From IMG/VR virus record IMGVR_UViG_3300017821_000005, positions 1-45,412 of that record: a stretch of DNA of 45,412 nucleotides; one strand, given 5' to 3'. Shown here in pieces: positions 19,676-27,842 of the stretch (positions are counted from its first letter, which is position 1; each line of letters starts with the position of its first letter). Position numbers and translations under genes: made by a program. This DNA comes from a virus. Its lineage: Duplodnaviria > Caudoviricetes. A model generated the notes under the pieces. The model searched no databases, was not told the DNA's origin, and worked only from the letters and a program-made list of their open reading frames with translations.

Positions 19676-19786
19676 AAATACGCTGCAACGCGCGCACATG
19701 CGCATGATCGATCGACGCGTCATTGATACGCAAAAATCGATTCAGCGCATCAGCGACGTTTCTAGACGCACCAGAATCGATTTTAT
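19676..19786 (+). repeat. dispersed ~110-bp element, copy A
   Basis: CGCGTCATTGATACG-N30-TCTAGAC-N3-CCAGAATCGATT, aligning without gaps to copies B and C. Confidence 0.9.
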
Positions 19787-19800
19787 CGAAATGATGTTCG

Positions 19801-20523
19801 TCACGATGTAAAGCGAGCGATCGGCTCGCTGCCCTCGATATGGACCCCGGCTTTAATCAGAGGCACGACGCCGATTTCATCGATTGATATACCGGGCACA
19901 ATCAAACAAACCTGCGAGCCTTGACGCACCATTCCAAACCGTTCGCCCTGACGATAGAACCAACCCTGTCGTGTAGTAAACGGCGCGATAACGTTGACCT
20001 CTTGGTCTGCAATCTGCACAACCAATACATCACGGTTAGCCGCTACAAACCGATTAATAGTCCTGGCATTGTACATTTCATAACCGGCTCTAGAAGATAA
20101 CGCACGGCCGAGTTTGTCTTTCAGCAGCTCATTTTCGGCGAACACTAGCGGTAGATTCTGCGTTTTAAGTGCTGGAAGCTCTCGGTAGAATAATGGACCG
20201 GCTACTGGCGCGCGGGTTATGTGGACGCACCAAAAGGTCATGAAAATACCAACCACCAAACACGGCACTGTTGGTAGCCAATGACCCTCTAATAACTCTC
20301 CCAGTGAGAGTGAACGGCCTTTGGCTTCTATATTATCGCCTTCTGCGTATATGCCACAATATAGCACAATACCGTCTGCTGGCGATAACAACAAAGAAGG
20401 GTCATGAAAAATGGGTCGGATAGGGTCGCGGTGGAGCCAAACTTCGGACACTTCTCGGTCGGAAATATCACGGAATTGCGCTTTGCGCTCTTCCAACCAC
20501 TGGCTTAGGGGAATTGGCATCAA
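19801..20523 (-). CDS. phosphatidylserine-decarboxylase-like pyruvoyl enzyme
   Basis: RDP.R, LLSPADG, IFMTFWCVHITRAP, and GERFGMVRQGSQV (GS self-cleavage site). Confidence 0.8.
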   Translation of the reverse strand: MMPIPLSQWLEERKAQFRDISDREVSEVWLHRDPIRPIFHDPSLLLSPADGIVLYCGIYAEGDNIEAKGRSLSLGELLEGHWLPTVPCLVVGIFMTFWCVHITRAPVAGPLFYRELPALKTQNLPLVFAENELLKDKLGRALSSRAGYEMYNARTINRFVAANRDVLVVQIADQEVNVIAPFTTRQGWFYRQGERFGMVRQGSQVCLIVPGISIDEIGVVPLIKAGVHIEGSEPIARFTS

Positions 20524-21410
20524 TCAGCAAAATATGGTTTATTTAATGACAATACAAGACAGCTAATATCCGCCCCAGATTTTGAAAATTCTGATAAATC
20601 GAAAAACTGTGGTTCTAGCCTATTATCCGCTGCTACCTTTGTAACAAACTCAACTAATGCCCTTGCTTCGTTATAATCCTCGTCGTCATGTTTCATATTC
20701 CACAGCGATGTACCACAAAGCAAATTACGGTCAACGCGTACCAGGTTCGTAGCCCCATACATACCGGTAGGCGTTGGTGTGATTTCAGTAACCCGCTCTA
20801 GCATCTTAATATTACTAGGATCCATAATCGAAACAAAGGCTAACGTCTTCTGCGAATCTATTGGAAAAATCAGACAGTCTAAATGGTAAGCTTTCGGATC
20901 ACGCATCCGGATAGGAATTACTTGCATCTTATACTGATCAGCGAACCAATTAGCCGTCAGTCCGCTAGTACGCGACCCAACACCAACAGCGTAAATATTG
21001 TCCCGAATTAATTTACAGTCCGCATCGCCCTCGAACCGGTATGGACAAGTAACGACCGGACCAGCACGTAATGATTCCAAAAAAGCCCGGCCCGGAGCTT
21101 GTTCGCCTTTACGCTCTTCTGCTGTAAAGTTAGACACCACAATCGGCATATCTGGTAGGTGGGTCAGCACAACAGCAAGATTAGCAACATATGACTGATC
21201 CTGTAGTCCTTCTGCTTGGGGCAGCAAGGCCACTAAACTCATCGATGCTAGGAAATTGTAGACTTCAAGCCATTGCCGTAATGCTTTTTCTCTATCCACT
21301 TGCCGCTCGGTTGGAGACAGCTCTTTCATAAACGCATTGTTTGGTTCAGATGCGGAAAGACCAAACGGTGGGCTCATCAATAGGACGGGGTATTGTTTAA
21401 GTAATGTCAT
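20520..21410 (-). CDS. amidinotransferase/DDAH/arginine-deiminase (pentein) superfamily protein
   Basis: LMSPP, ALRQW, D..YVAN, RKGE, FEG.AD, YHLD and EFSKSGADISC with a C-terminal catalytic Cys. Confidence 0.85.
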   Translation of the reverse strand: MTLLKQYPVLLMSPPFGLSASEPNNAFMKELSPTERQVDREKALRQWLEVYNFLASMSLVALLPQAEGLQDQSYVANLAVVLTHLPDMPIVVSNFTAEERKGEQAPGRAFLESLRAGPVVTCPYRFEGDADCKLIRDNIYAVGVGSRTSGLTANWFADQYKMQVIPIRMRDPKAYHLDCLIFPIDSQKTLAFVSIMDPSNIKMLERVTEITPTPTGMYGATNLVRVDRNLLCGTSLWNMKHDDEDYNEARALVEFVTKVAADNRLEPQFFDLSEFSKSGADISCLVLSLNKPYFAD

Positions 21411-22105
21411 GTTCCAGCGACCGGGATGCCTGTCTCGCCTGAACCGGTCTGGACACTGCCATGCTTATGGCCAGCTGCATCAGTCGCTGTAGTTGAAGTA
21501 TTCCAAGTTATATTTCCGCTGATACGTAGATTACCGTTTTTATCCAAGCTCATAGAACCACCAGGCATGGTAATACTAAATCCATTATCCTCATCGAATG
21601 ATATCACATTGTGGCCAGCATTATCACGTAACTGGACAGAACTAGCACTCGGAACCGGGCTACGAAAATTTGGTTTGCTTCGACCGCCAGGTACATAGAA
21701 ACCATCCGACAGATTATGTTGGCGCAGCGAGCCGGCACCGTTCTGTGCCAATGGTGGCTGCTCTCCACCGTATAACCACCAGTTGTCTACGCAACGGGAC
21801 GCTAGATGGACAGTGCCTTCATCATTCTCAGCAATTGGGAATGTTAATGACCAGCCACCACCTTCTGGATATTTAATCGGTACCATAGGCATTTCTGGCA
21901 TTGAATACGGCTGCCAATAATATTGGCCCTGGGCATTTTGCGCCCTCTTAACACCTTGGACAAGTATCTGTACCTTAACATGCTCACGCGAAGCGTCTAT
22001 CGACAATACTCTGCAGGGCATCATTGTCCAGATACGAGACTGAAGCCGGTCTAGTCCAGCTTCAACCGCGACTTGGGCTTGCTCCCACCGCTCCCCCAAC
22101 TGCAT
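21407..22105 (-). CDS. baseplate spike (Gp138/gpV-like)
   Basis: TMMP.RV, P.GGGWSLTFPI..DEG...ASRCVDNWW, RQHNLSDG, C-terminal HKH metal motif. Confidence 0.9.
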   Translation of the reverse strand: MQLGERWEQAQVAVEAGLDRLQSRIWTMMPCRVLSIDASREHVKVQILVQGVKRAQNAQGQYYWQPYSMPEMPMVPIKYPEGGGWSLTFPIAENDEGTVHLASRCVDNWWLYGGEQPPLAQNGAGSLRQHNLSDGFYVPGGRSKPNFRSPVPSASSVQLRDNAGHNVISFDEDNGFSITMPGGSMSLDKNGNLRISGNITWNTSTTATDAAGHKHGSVQTGSGETGIPVAGT

Positions 22106-22106
22106 T

Positions 22107-23189
22107 TTAAGAACCTGGATTTTTTAGGCCGGTAGCGTAACCAACATCACCAGGCGATGGTAGTATCTCATTTGGTTTCGAATACATTTGAGTAGTTGGG
22201 TCGATAGTTAGTGCAACAATATCGCTGTACCAATCTTGTCCTCTAGTATCCCCATGGTGCTCTACCACCGCTGCTAGATACATACCATCATCGCTTACAG
22301 GCATAAAAAACGACAATGATTGGTCTGGATTGATCGTCTGACCAATGCCATTAATAATACCGCCGCCCATTCCTGCCGCTATCTGATTAATCTCCGCGTT
22401 GTTTAGTTGGATCTTCTGGCCAACATGCAAGCTAGGATTTAACAGGGTTCTAAGTTCGATGCCGTCAGTAGTAGCAGTTGGAAAACCAATCAGACCAGTA
22501 GCAGCATTGATTACTGCAGTTTCACCACCAACTGGTCCGCCAACCGCGGGAACCAATACTAGCTTTCCCTGTTGGATCGACCAGATAACACCTTGATGAC
22601 CATTTATCGTAGACGATTTGGATACGACCCCCATCTCGTCATACCACATACCATTTATTACTGTAGGCCGAGATTGCGGACTGACAGCTACAGAATTGAC
22701 GCCAGAACCCACTCCTAAACCATACGGCGCTGCTTTATTCTGGAGGTACTGGACAACTTGTTGTTGCGAATTAGCTCCCGGCATTAACGTACCAGTCACC
22801 GTCAATTGGTTTATTGGTAAATCGCCATCTTGTGCGTATATCTCCAAGAACTTATCAACTGGAGTTTCTCCGCCGTACTTGTATTGCGTTATCCATCCAT
22901 CAAAGATGGTAGCAAATCTACCGGTTCGATAACCAGCAGCTATGGTAATGCGGGTGAATTCCTTAATAACCTTCTGAACGGTATTTGGCGATGGATTGTA
23001 TATCCTAACTACCATACTATTTGGGATTGGTACGACAACAGCGCGCACCTCAAACATGAAACGAAGTTGCTCGCGGCCGGATGAATCACTGCCTTGCGAG
23101 AGAACAAGCGCCTGGCTGCTATTGGGGTTGTATACCACCAAACCCCACGTCCGTATAAATTGATCGGTAGTAAAACTATTGGATTGCAT
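22107..23189 (-). CDS. baseplate hub protein
   Basis: RIYN, AGY...IFDG.I, DGD, WSIQ.G, TGLIGFP, LLNP, H.GDTRG.DWY. Confidence 0.85.
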   Translation of the reverse strand: MQSNSFTTDQFIRTWGLVVYNPNSSQALVLSQGSDSSGREQLRFMFEVRAVVVPIPNSMVVRIYNPSPNTVQKVIKEFTRITIAAGYRTGRFATIFDGWITQYKYGGETPVDKFLEIYAQDGDLPINQLTVTGTLMPGANSQQQVVQYLQNKAAPYGLGVGSGVNSVAVSPQSRPTVINGMWYDEMGVVSKSSTINGHQGVIWSIQQGKLVLVPAVGGPVGGETAVINAATGLIGFPTATTDGIELRTLLNPSLHVGQKIQLNNAEINQIAAGMGGGIINGIGQTINPDQSLSFFMPVSDDGMYLAAVVEHHGDTRGQDWYSDIVALTIDPTTQMYSKPNEILPSPGDVGYATGLKNPGS

Positions 23190-23227
23190 TTATCAAGCTC
23201 TGTCGTTGAGCGCATCCGCTTAGATGA

Positions 23228-23518
23228 TTAAGTAGAATTTGGTATATAATAGAGGAATGACCCTGTACCTAAATTGTCAAAAGTAGGGGTAGCATCAGGA
23301 TCAGAGGCGCTTTGAACGAAAAAATCACCAGGGAAGTTTAAGTATTTGTATTGGGCCAATAGAAAAGCGCCGGTCACTAAAGGTATGCCGCCTATAATCA
23401 AATTACCAGAACTATCAGCAATGTCCATGATCCATAAACCCGTTGGATCGCACCAATGCAAGGTTAGTGTATAGGGCGTTCCAGACAGCGTGGTAATTAG
23501 TGTTTGTGGAACAGCCAT
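23228..23518 (-). CDS. small baseplate plug-like protein (start uncertain, 23518 or 23587)
   Basis: PQ..TTLSG..Y.L.L.W, W.MDI.D, GIPLVTG..LL.QY.YL, PTFDNLG. Confidence 0.75.
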   Translation of the reverse strand: MAVPQTLITTLSGTPYTLTLHWCDPTGLWIMDIADSSGNLIIGGIPLVTGAFLLAQYKYLNFPGDFFVQSASDPDATPTFDNLGTGSFLYYIPNST

Positions 23519-23553
23519 TTCGTATATCTTAAGATAGAGAAAGTGAGGAAGAA

Positions 23554-23742
23554 ATGAAAACCACCATAAACATAACTCATCCGTCAAAAGACCAGAAACC
23601 AGCGGTCAATAGACCTAGGCCAAATCTGGGCGGTTGGGAGTTCGGCACGGCGGAAGGCAATATCCGTTGGTCTTTGGTATTCGGCTGTGTTGTCGGCCTA
23701 TTGACGTTTTTAGCGCTGTACGCACAGTATGGTTTCAAATAA
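23554..23742 (+). CDS. antisense small membrane protein (62 aa)
   Basis: GAGG SD and ATG; C-terminal hydrophobic helix WSLVFGCVVGLLTFLALY; fills the gap between two baseplate genes. Confidence 0.6.
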   Translation: MKTTINITHPSKDQKPAVNRPRPNLGGWEFGTAEGNIRWSLVFGCVVGLLTFLALYAQYGFK

Positions 23743-23749
23743 AATGAGA

Positions 23750-24463
23750 TCACGGAGCGCCATAAAATGGTGATGATAACGGCGACGTGCCTAAACTGCT
23801 CTCCGGTCCAGCTAATGGTACTGTTTGGACAGATGCGACTGCTGCTGAGGACGCACCGCCTGGAATTAAGTTACCAAGCGAGGTGGTATTGACATTGCTC
23901 GCGCTACCTAGGGTTTTAGATCCAGCGTCGACTGTAGGCAACGCGGTCTGTGGAGACGCCAATGCGCTAGGATCGGTCGAAATCGCATAAACCTGAGTAT
24001 TGACCAAAAATATCTGGCGGCAGTTTGCCTCTATCCGTAGTGCCCATTCATTTGCAACGTCGGTTTCAACGATTAAACCAGCCAGCAGCATGTTTGTGTA
24101 AACGCGTTTACCGGTATAAAGGTCAAATGGAGTACGATCAGCTTGAAAGCGCAATAGATCCTGGTAAATCTGAGTAACGAATGTTGGATCCGCGTGCGTC
24201 GCATTTGAATAGCCGATACGCAATTGTATCTCTGCTGGACGCTTATAAGCATGGTCTGATATTGCTGCACCAGATTCTATAGGGTGCTCGGTAATATAAA
24301 GCTGATCTCTGTGCTCCTCTCGTTCGGTTACGTCAGCATTAAACACCAAACCAGGAAGTAAGCCACTTGACGCCTCAGGGCCGATTTGGCGCAACGCGTA
24401 GCCTGGCGCTACCCATACCGGTCCGGAGAAGGTTGCCGCTTGTTGTGGTACTGGAGCTACCAT
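23750..24463 (-). CDS. tail-tube initiator / Dit-like baseplate protein
   Basis: E.H.D...ITEHPIESGAAISDHAY..P and TGKRVYTNML. Confidence 0.85.
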   Translation of the reverse strand: MVAPVPQQAATFSGPVWVAPGYALRQIGPEASSGLLPGLVFNADVTEREEHRDQLYITEHPIESGAAISDHAYKRPAEIQLRIGYSNATHADPTFVTQIYQDLLRFQADRTPFDLYTGKRVYTNMLLAGLIVETDVANEWALRIEANCRQIFLVNTQVYAISTDPSALASPQTALPTVDAGSKTLGSASNVNTTSLGNLIPGGASSAAVASVQTVPLAGPESSLGTSPLSSPFYGAP

Positions 24464-24473
24464 TGCGTATATT

Positions 24474-26306
24474 TTACTGAATAGCCGTAGTCAGGTTTCG
24501 GACTAGATCCCCATTTAACCGACTCTGAGCACCGAATACGTAAGAACCTACTTCTGGGCCGCCGCCATAGACGTGGATCGTTGTTGTCGGGGACAGCGTT
24601 ACATTAGTGCCCCCAGCCGCAGACAAGGGGGCGATGCCTGCTGGAAGTGGTGTAGATAATGCCCCACCCGCAACTAAATTTGTGTGTCTGCCTCTTAATG
24701 CTCTTGCAGCGTCACGCCACGATGCAGCTCGTCGTGGTCCTTGTTCTTGGGCGACGATTGCATAATGCAACATCGCCAATGTAGCTGGATCATGAAGATC
24801 CAAAGGCTGGTCAGGAGCGATTCCAGTACGCCTGGCAGCATTTAGAATTAGCTGTCCTGTAGGATTTTCGTTTGGGGGCGCCCAACGAGATATTATTCCA
24901 GCCAATGTCTTTAACCCATAAACATCTTGGTACCTAAGCAATAGCTTATCCATCGCAGCTGCTCCCTCAGCCGCGCTACCATATTGCATAAAGCCGCCAA
25001 GTGGATTACGGATATTACCTGGATTGTTACGAGGAGCGCCGCCAGGGACGCCGCCAACAGTGCCGCCACCAGCGCCACCAGGTACGAAAGCGCCACCGGG
25101 TATTAAATTCGGTGCTTGGTATCCTTGCCATGGGGTATCCCCAACAATAGCAACTCTTGGCGGTACCGCAGATGGATAACCCATTAACCAGTCTTTGAAT
25201 CGACCCCACAAACCTTTAGCTTCTTCAATCTCGACTTTTGGTGAATGCGTCGCACCGGAAAGCCAACGCTTAAACGCATCCCACCCGGTAGCTACCGGAT
25301 TTTGCCGTTCCTTTATGCGACGCTCAGTTTCGGGAGTAGGTTGCACCGCATCTCGGGCTGTGCCAAGATTCCACGCCTCGTGAATTATTGTAATACCTTC
25401 TTTTATGCCCTCAATCGCCGCGCCGATAGTATTTAATATGGCTGCAAGCGCATTGAATGCTCCTGTAATATTTTTAACCTCTTGTTCTATCTGTGCCCAT
25501 GTTGCTCTATCGGCAAGCTTAGATATTGCGGGCATAATCGTACCCGTCACAAACTTGTCGATATCAGGCATAGCATTTTTAAGATACGCAGACAGCTCCC
25601 GTAATCCAGCCTGAAATGCCGGCATCAAAGATAGAACTAACCGGTCCCATATTATGCCCAATTGGAACCAAAACTTATTTGTCTGGCGGATATAGTCTAG
25701 TCCTTGTTCAGCCGCCTCGTTAAAATTAAGCCCTATTTCTTGTGCCCACCTAGGCAAATCACGGGCAGCCGATTCAAATTCTCTCAGATTAACAGCAATC
25801 TGTCGTATCTGCTCAGGATCAATCCCTAAAGTTTCCAGCCTTTTGCGAAACAGCATCTCTGCCGCTTGGCCAGCTTCCATCGCCTGCCGGTAGGCTTTTG
25901 CAAGTTGGAATATCTGGACAGAAGTATCGCGTGCTGTAGCGCCAAGTGTAGCTGCGTAAGCACGCAAGTATGGATTTTCACGGAATAACGTACCAAGCTG
26001 GACTGCCAAATCAGCAAATTGCTGTGTAGACATGCCAACTTGACGCGCAGCATAACCAAACTTTTCTAGATTAGTCGCAGTTGTCCCGGCCCGTTGGGCT
26101 TGGTAATATAAATCAGCGAAACGCCCAGCTGTAAGTTGTACTGCCGCGACTATACCAGTTAGTGAGGCAGTCATACCAACCGCGATTTTTGCGACCTCCT
26201 TCGCGGAATTAGCTAAGCCAACCTGAAAATTCCTAAGAGAGTCCCGGTCAACGGCATATCTCAGCCTTACCAGGAATTCTCGGATTATGGAGGTACCAGC
26301 TGCCAT
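24474..26306 (-). CDS. tape measure protein with C-terminal lysozyme-like domain
   Basis: IIREFLVRL N-terminus, helical body, RNNPGNIR...IISRWAPPNEN domain; follows the chaperone genes. Confidence 0.8.
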   Translation of the reverse strand: MAAGTSIIREFLVRLRYAVDRDSLRNFQVGLANSAKEVAKIAVGMTASLTGIVAAVQLTAGRFADLYYQAQRAGTTATNLEKFGYAARQVGMSTQQFADLAVQLGTLFRENPYLRAYAATLGATARDTSVQIFQLAKAYRQAMEAGQAAEMLFRKRLETLGIDPEQIRQIAVNLREFESAARDLPRWAQEIGLNFNEAAEQGLDYIRQTNKFWFQLGIIWDRLVLSLMPAFQAGLRELSAYLKNAMPDIDKFVTGTIMPAISKLADRATWAQIEQEVKNITGAFNALAAILNTIGAAIEGIKEGITIIHEAWNLGTARDAVQPTPETERRIKERQNPVATGWDAFKRWLSGATHSPKVEIEEAKGLWGRFKDWLMGYPSAVPPRVAIVGDTPWQGYQAPNLIPGGAFVPGGAGGGTVGGVPGGAPRNNPGNIRNPLGGFMQYGSAAEGAAAMDKLLLRYQDVYGLKTLAGIISRWAPPNENPTGQLILNAARRTGIAPDQPLDLHDPATLAMLHYAIVAQEQGPRRAASWRDAARALRGRHTNLVAGGALSTPLPAGIAPLSAAGGTNVTLSPTTTIHVYGGGPEVGSYVFGAQSRLNGDLVRNLTTAIQ

Positions 26307-26307
26307 T

Positions 26308-26565
26308 TTAATGATGTTTTGGTGAGTTGGCGTCTAACCAACGTTGGAGGCGAGCATTGTTTTCCTCTAAGGAATCAATGTATTCGTTCATATCGGCAAA
26401 GTCACAAATATCCAGTTCTGTTTTATGGAGTGATTCATAAGATACCATTCCAGCATAAACTGGACGGAGCAGAAAACCTAAACCGTCTCTAACTTCTACG
26501 AACTCAATACCGATCGAAGTGCTGGCCGAGACGCTAAATCTACGGCTCGGCCTATTGAAAAATTT
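26308..26565 (-). CDS. -1 frameshift extension of tail assembly chaperone (DUF6889-like)
   Basis: ORF in the -1 frame after the slippery A AAT TTT: ...DGLGFLLRPVYAGMVSYESL...DICDFADMNEYID...ENNAR...; its stop lies 1 nt before the TMP ATG. Confidence 0.8.
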   Translation of the reverse strand, partial: KFFNRPSRRFSVSASTSIGIEFVEVRDGLGFLLRPVYAGMVSYESLHKTELDICDFADMNEYIDSLEENNARLQRWLDANSPKHH

Positions 26566-26933
26566 AACAAGTTTTCCTCAACAACTGTCCAGATTAACTG
26601 CATCATATCCATCAGAGCAAGGTCTTCAAACATTAACTGGCCCTTACGAGGCATTACCTGCGCCCACACATCCCCAACCTTTCGGTTGACGACAACGAGA
26701 CAAGCATTGACGATCGCCTCGACCTCTTCATCCGTTTTAGAGGCTAGCGATTTAACAAACGGTCCGCTTGCTTTCAGCATATCCGGCAACGGAGTATTCT
26801 CATCGGCCAGTAAATCAATCAAATCCCCGGCTTCCGTCAACATAGGCAACAAGCGCCGGGCTAAGTGGAATTGCTGCAGCGGCGTCAACTTACCTGTTCG
26901 GTAAGTATTACCGCCAATTGTTACCTCGGCCAT
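26496..26933 (-). CDS. tail assembly chaperone
   Basis: YR.GKL...QFHLARRLLP...LMFED...V.EENL.NF; lies between tube and TMP. Confidence 0.85.
   Translation of the reverse strand: MAEVTIGGNTYRTGKLTPLQQFHLARRLLPMLTEAGDLIDLLADENTPLPDMLKASGPFVKSLASKTDEEVEAIVNACLVVVNRKVGDVWAQVMPRKGQLMFEDLALMDMMQLIWTVVEENLLNFSIGRAVDLASRPALRSVLSS
26524..26565 (-). promoter_or_regulatory. programmed -1 ribosomal frameshift signal
   Basis: Heptamer AAATTTT (26565-26559) in X XXY YYZ register, 6-nt spacer, then stem GGCCGAG...CTCGGCC. Confidence 0.8.
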
Positions 26934-27220
26934 CAGTGCTGGACCTCCACCGAGTTTTTAACTATAGGAATTATACCAACATTCGCCTCGTAGACAGCCA
27001 CTGTTCGTTGTAAAATCTCCAAAAGTTCTTTGGCAAGAGTTGGGCTCATAGCGACTACCGCGACTGGTATAATCGGTACTTGCACCGAGACCATTGGATC
27101 AGATGGCGGGTCTGTTGGAATCTGAGCTTGAGAAAACACAAGCGAAAAGTCGTTTGAGCTATTAAAAACCGTAGCCTTAGAAGCCCAAACGCGCGCCGGT
27201 TCAGACATAGAAAACCCCAC
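26933..27220 (-). CDS. DUF3467-like protein
   Basis: NDFSLVF...VAVVAMSPTLAKEL...L...V..YE...G.I pattern. Confidence 0.6.
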   Translation of the reverse strand: MGFSMSEPARVWASKATVFNSSNDFSLVFSQAQIPTDPPSDPMVSVQVPIIPVAVVAMSPTLAKELLEILQRTVAVYEANVGIIPIVKNSVEVQH

Positions 27221-27221
27221 T

Positions 27222-27686
27222 TTATGGTGCTGGTGTTAGCCCGGGAATACCCTGGCCCAATTCTGGCACAATGTAGCCAGAAAATTCCCATTCGTTAATG
27301 TTACCTTCAGTAGCATACACAATATCCGGGTGTTTAACAAACGCCATTTGTGTTCCACCAATTTGATCGCCAAGTGTCGAATTTGAGATCAAGAACGTAT
27401 TCTGACCCCAATAGGCACTACCACCAGTTCGCTGGTAATTGTATAAAGTGGACAGCATACCATTCGTTGGCGAAGTCTTCAGCAGACGCACAGTAATCCG
27501 ACCGGTCATACCGGCATGCAACGAGTGCATGATTGCGCCGTCAGCGCCGGTAACAATCGTATCTTTTTCTTCTGTATGCGTGAAGGTAATACCTTCAGCC
27601 GCAACGCCAGCACCGTTGCCCAGATGGAAAGTTCCGCCTGGCCCGGTGATCGAAGCGCTGACATCCTCGAAAGAATATGTGCTCAT
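27222..27686 (-). CDS. tail tube protein (DUF3277-like)
   Basis: MSTYSFEDV.ASI.GP, EGIT, GADG..MHSL, RLLKTSPTN. Confidence 0.9.
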   Translation of the reverse strand: MSTYSFEDVSASITGPGGTFHLGNGAGVAAEGITFTHTEEKDTIVTGADGAIMHSLHAGMTGRITVRLLKTSPTNGMLSTLYNYQRTGGSAYWGQNTFLISNSTLGDQIGGTQMAFVKHPDIVYATEGNINEWEFSGYIVPELGQGIPGLTPAP

Positions 27687-27724
27687 ACCACTCTCCTAGA
27701 TCATCTCATCATGATGATTGCGTA

Positions 27725-27835
27725 TAGAATTGATTCTGGCGCGCTGTGGACGGCGCAGGATGCGATGAAGAGATCTTTGCGCATTTTCTATGTGCTGATC
27801 GCTTTCACGCGCCACAGCGCATCCCAGCGCGACGG
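27725..27835 (-). repeat. dispersed element, degenerate inverted copy D
   Basis: Reverse strand reads TTCATCGCAT-N19-GCCAGAATCAATTCTA, matching copy B (TTCATCGCAT-N19-GCCAGAATCGATTCTA). Confidence 0.7.
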
Positions 27836-27842
27836 CTGACGA

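Noticed and set aside
20520-21410. Amidinotransferase as archaeosine (dG+) synthase
   Set aside because: ArcS, QueF-like and Gat-QueC are different folds from this pentein, and no folE, queD, queE, queC or dpdA genes are in the window.
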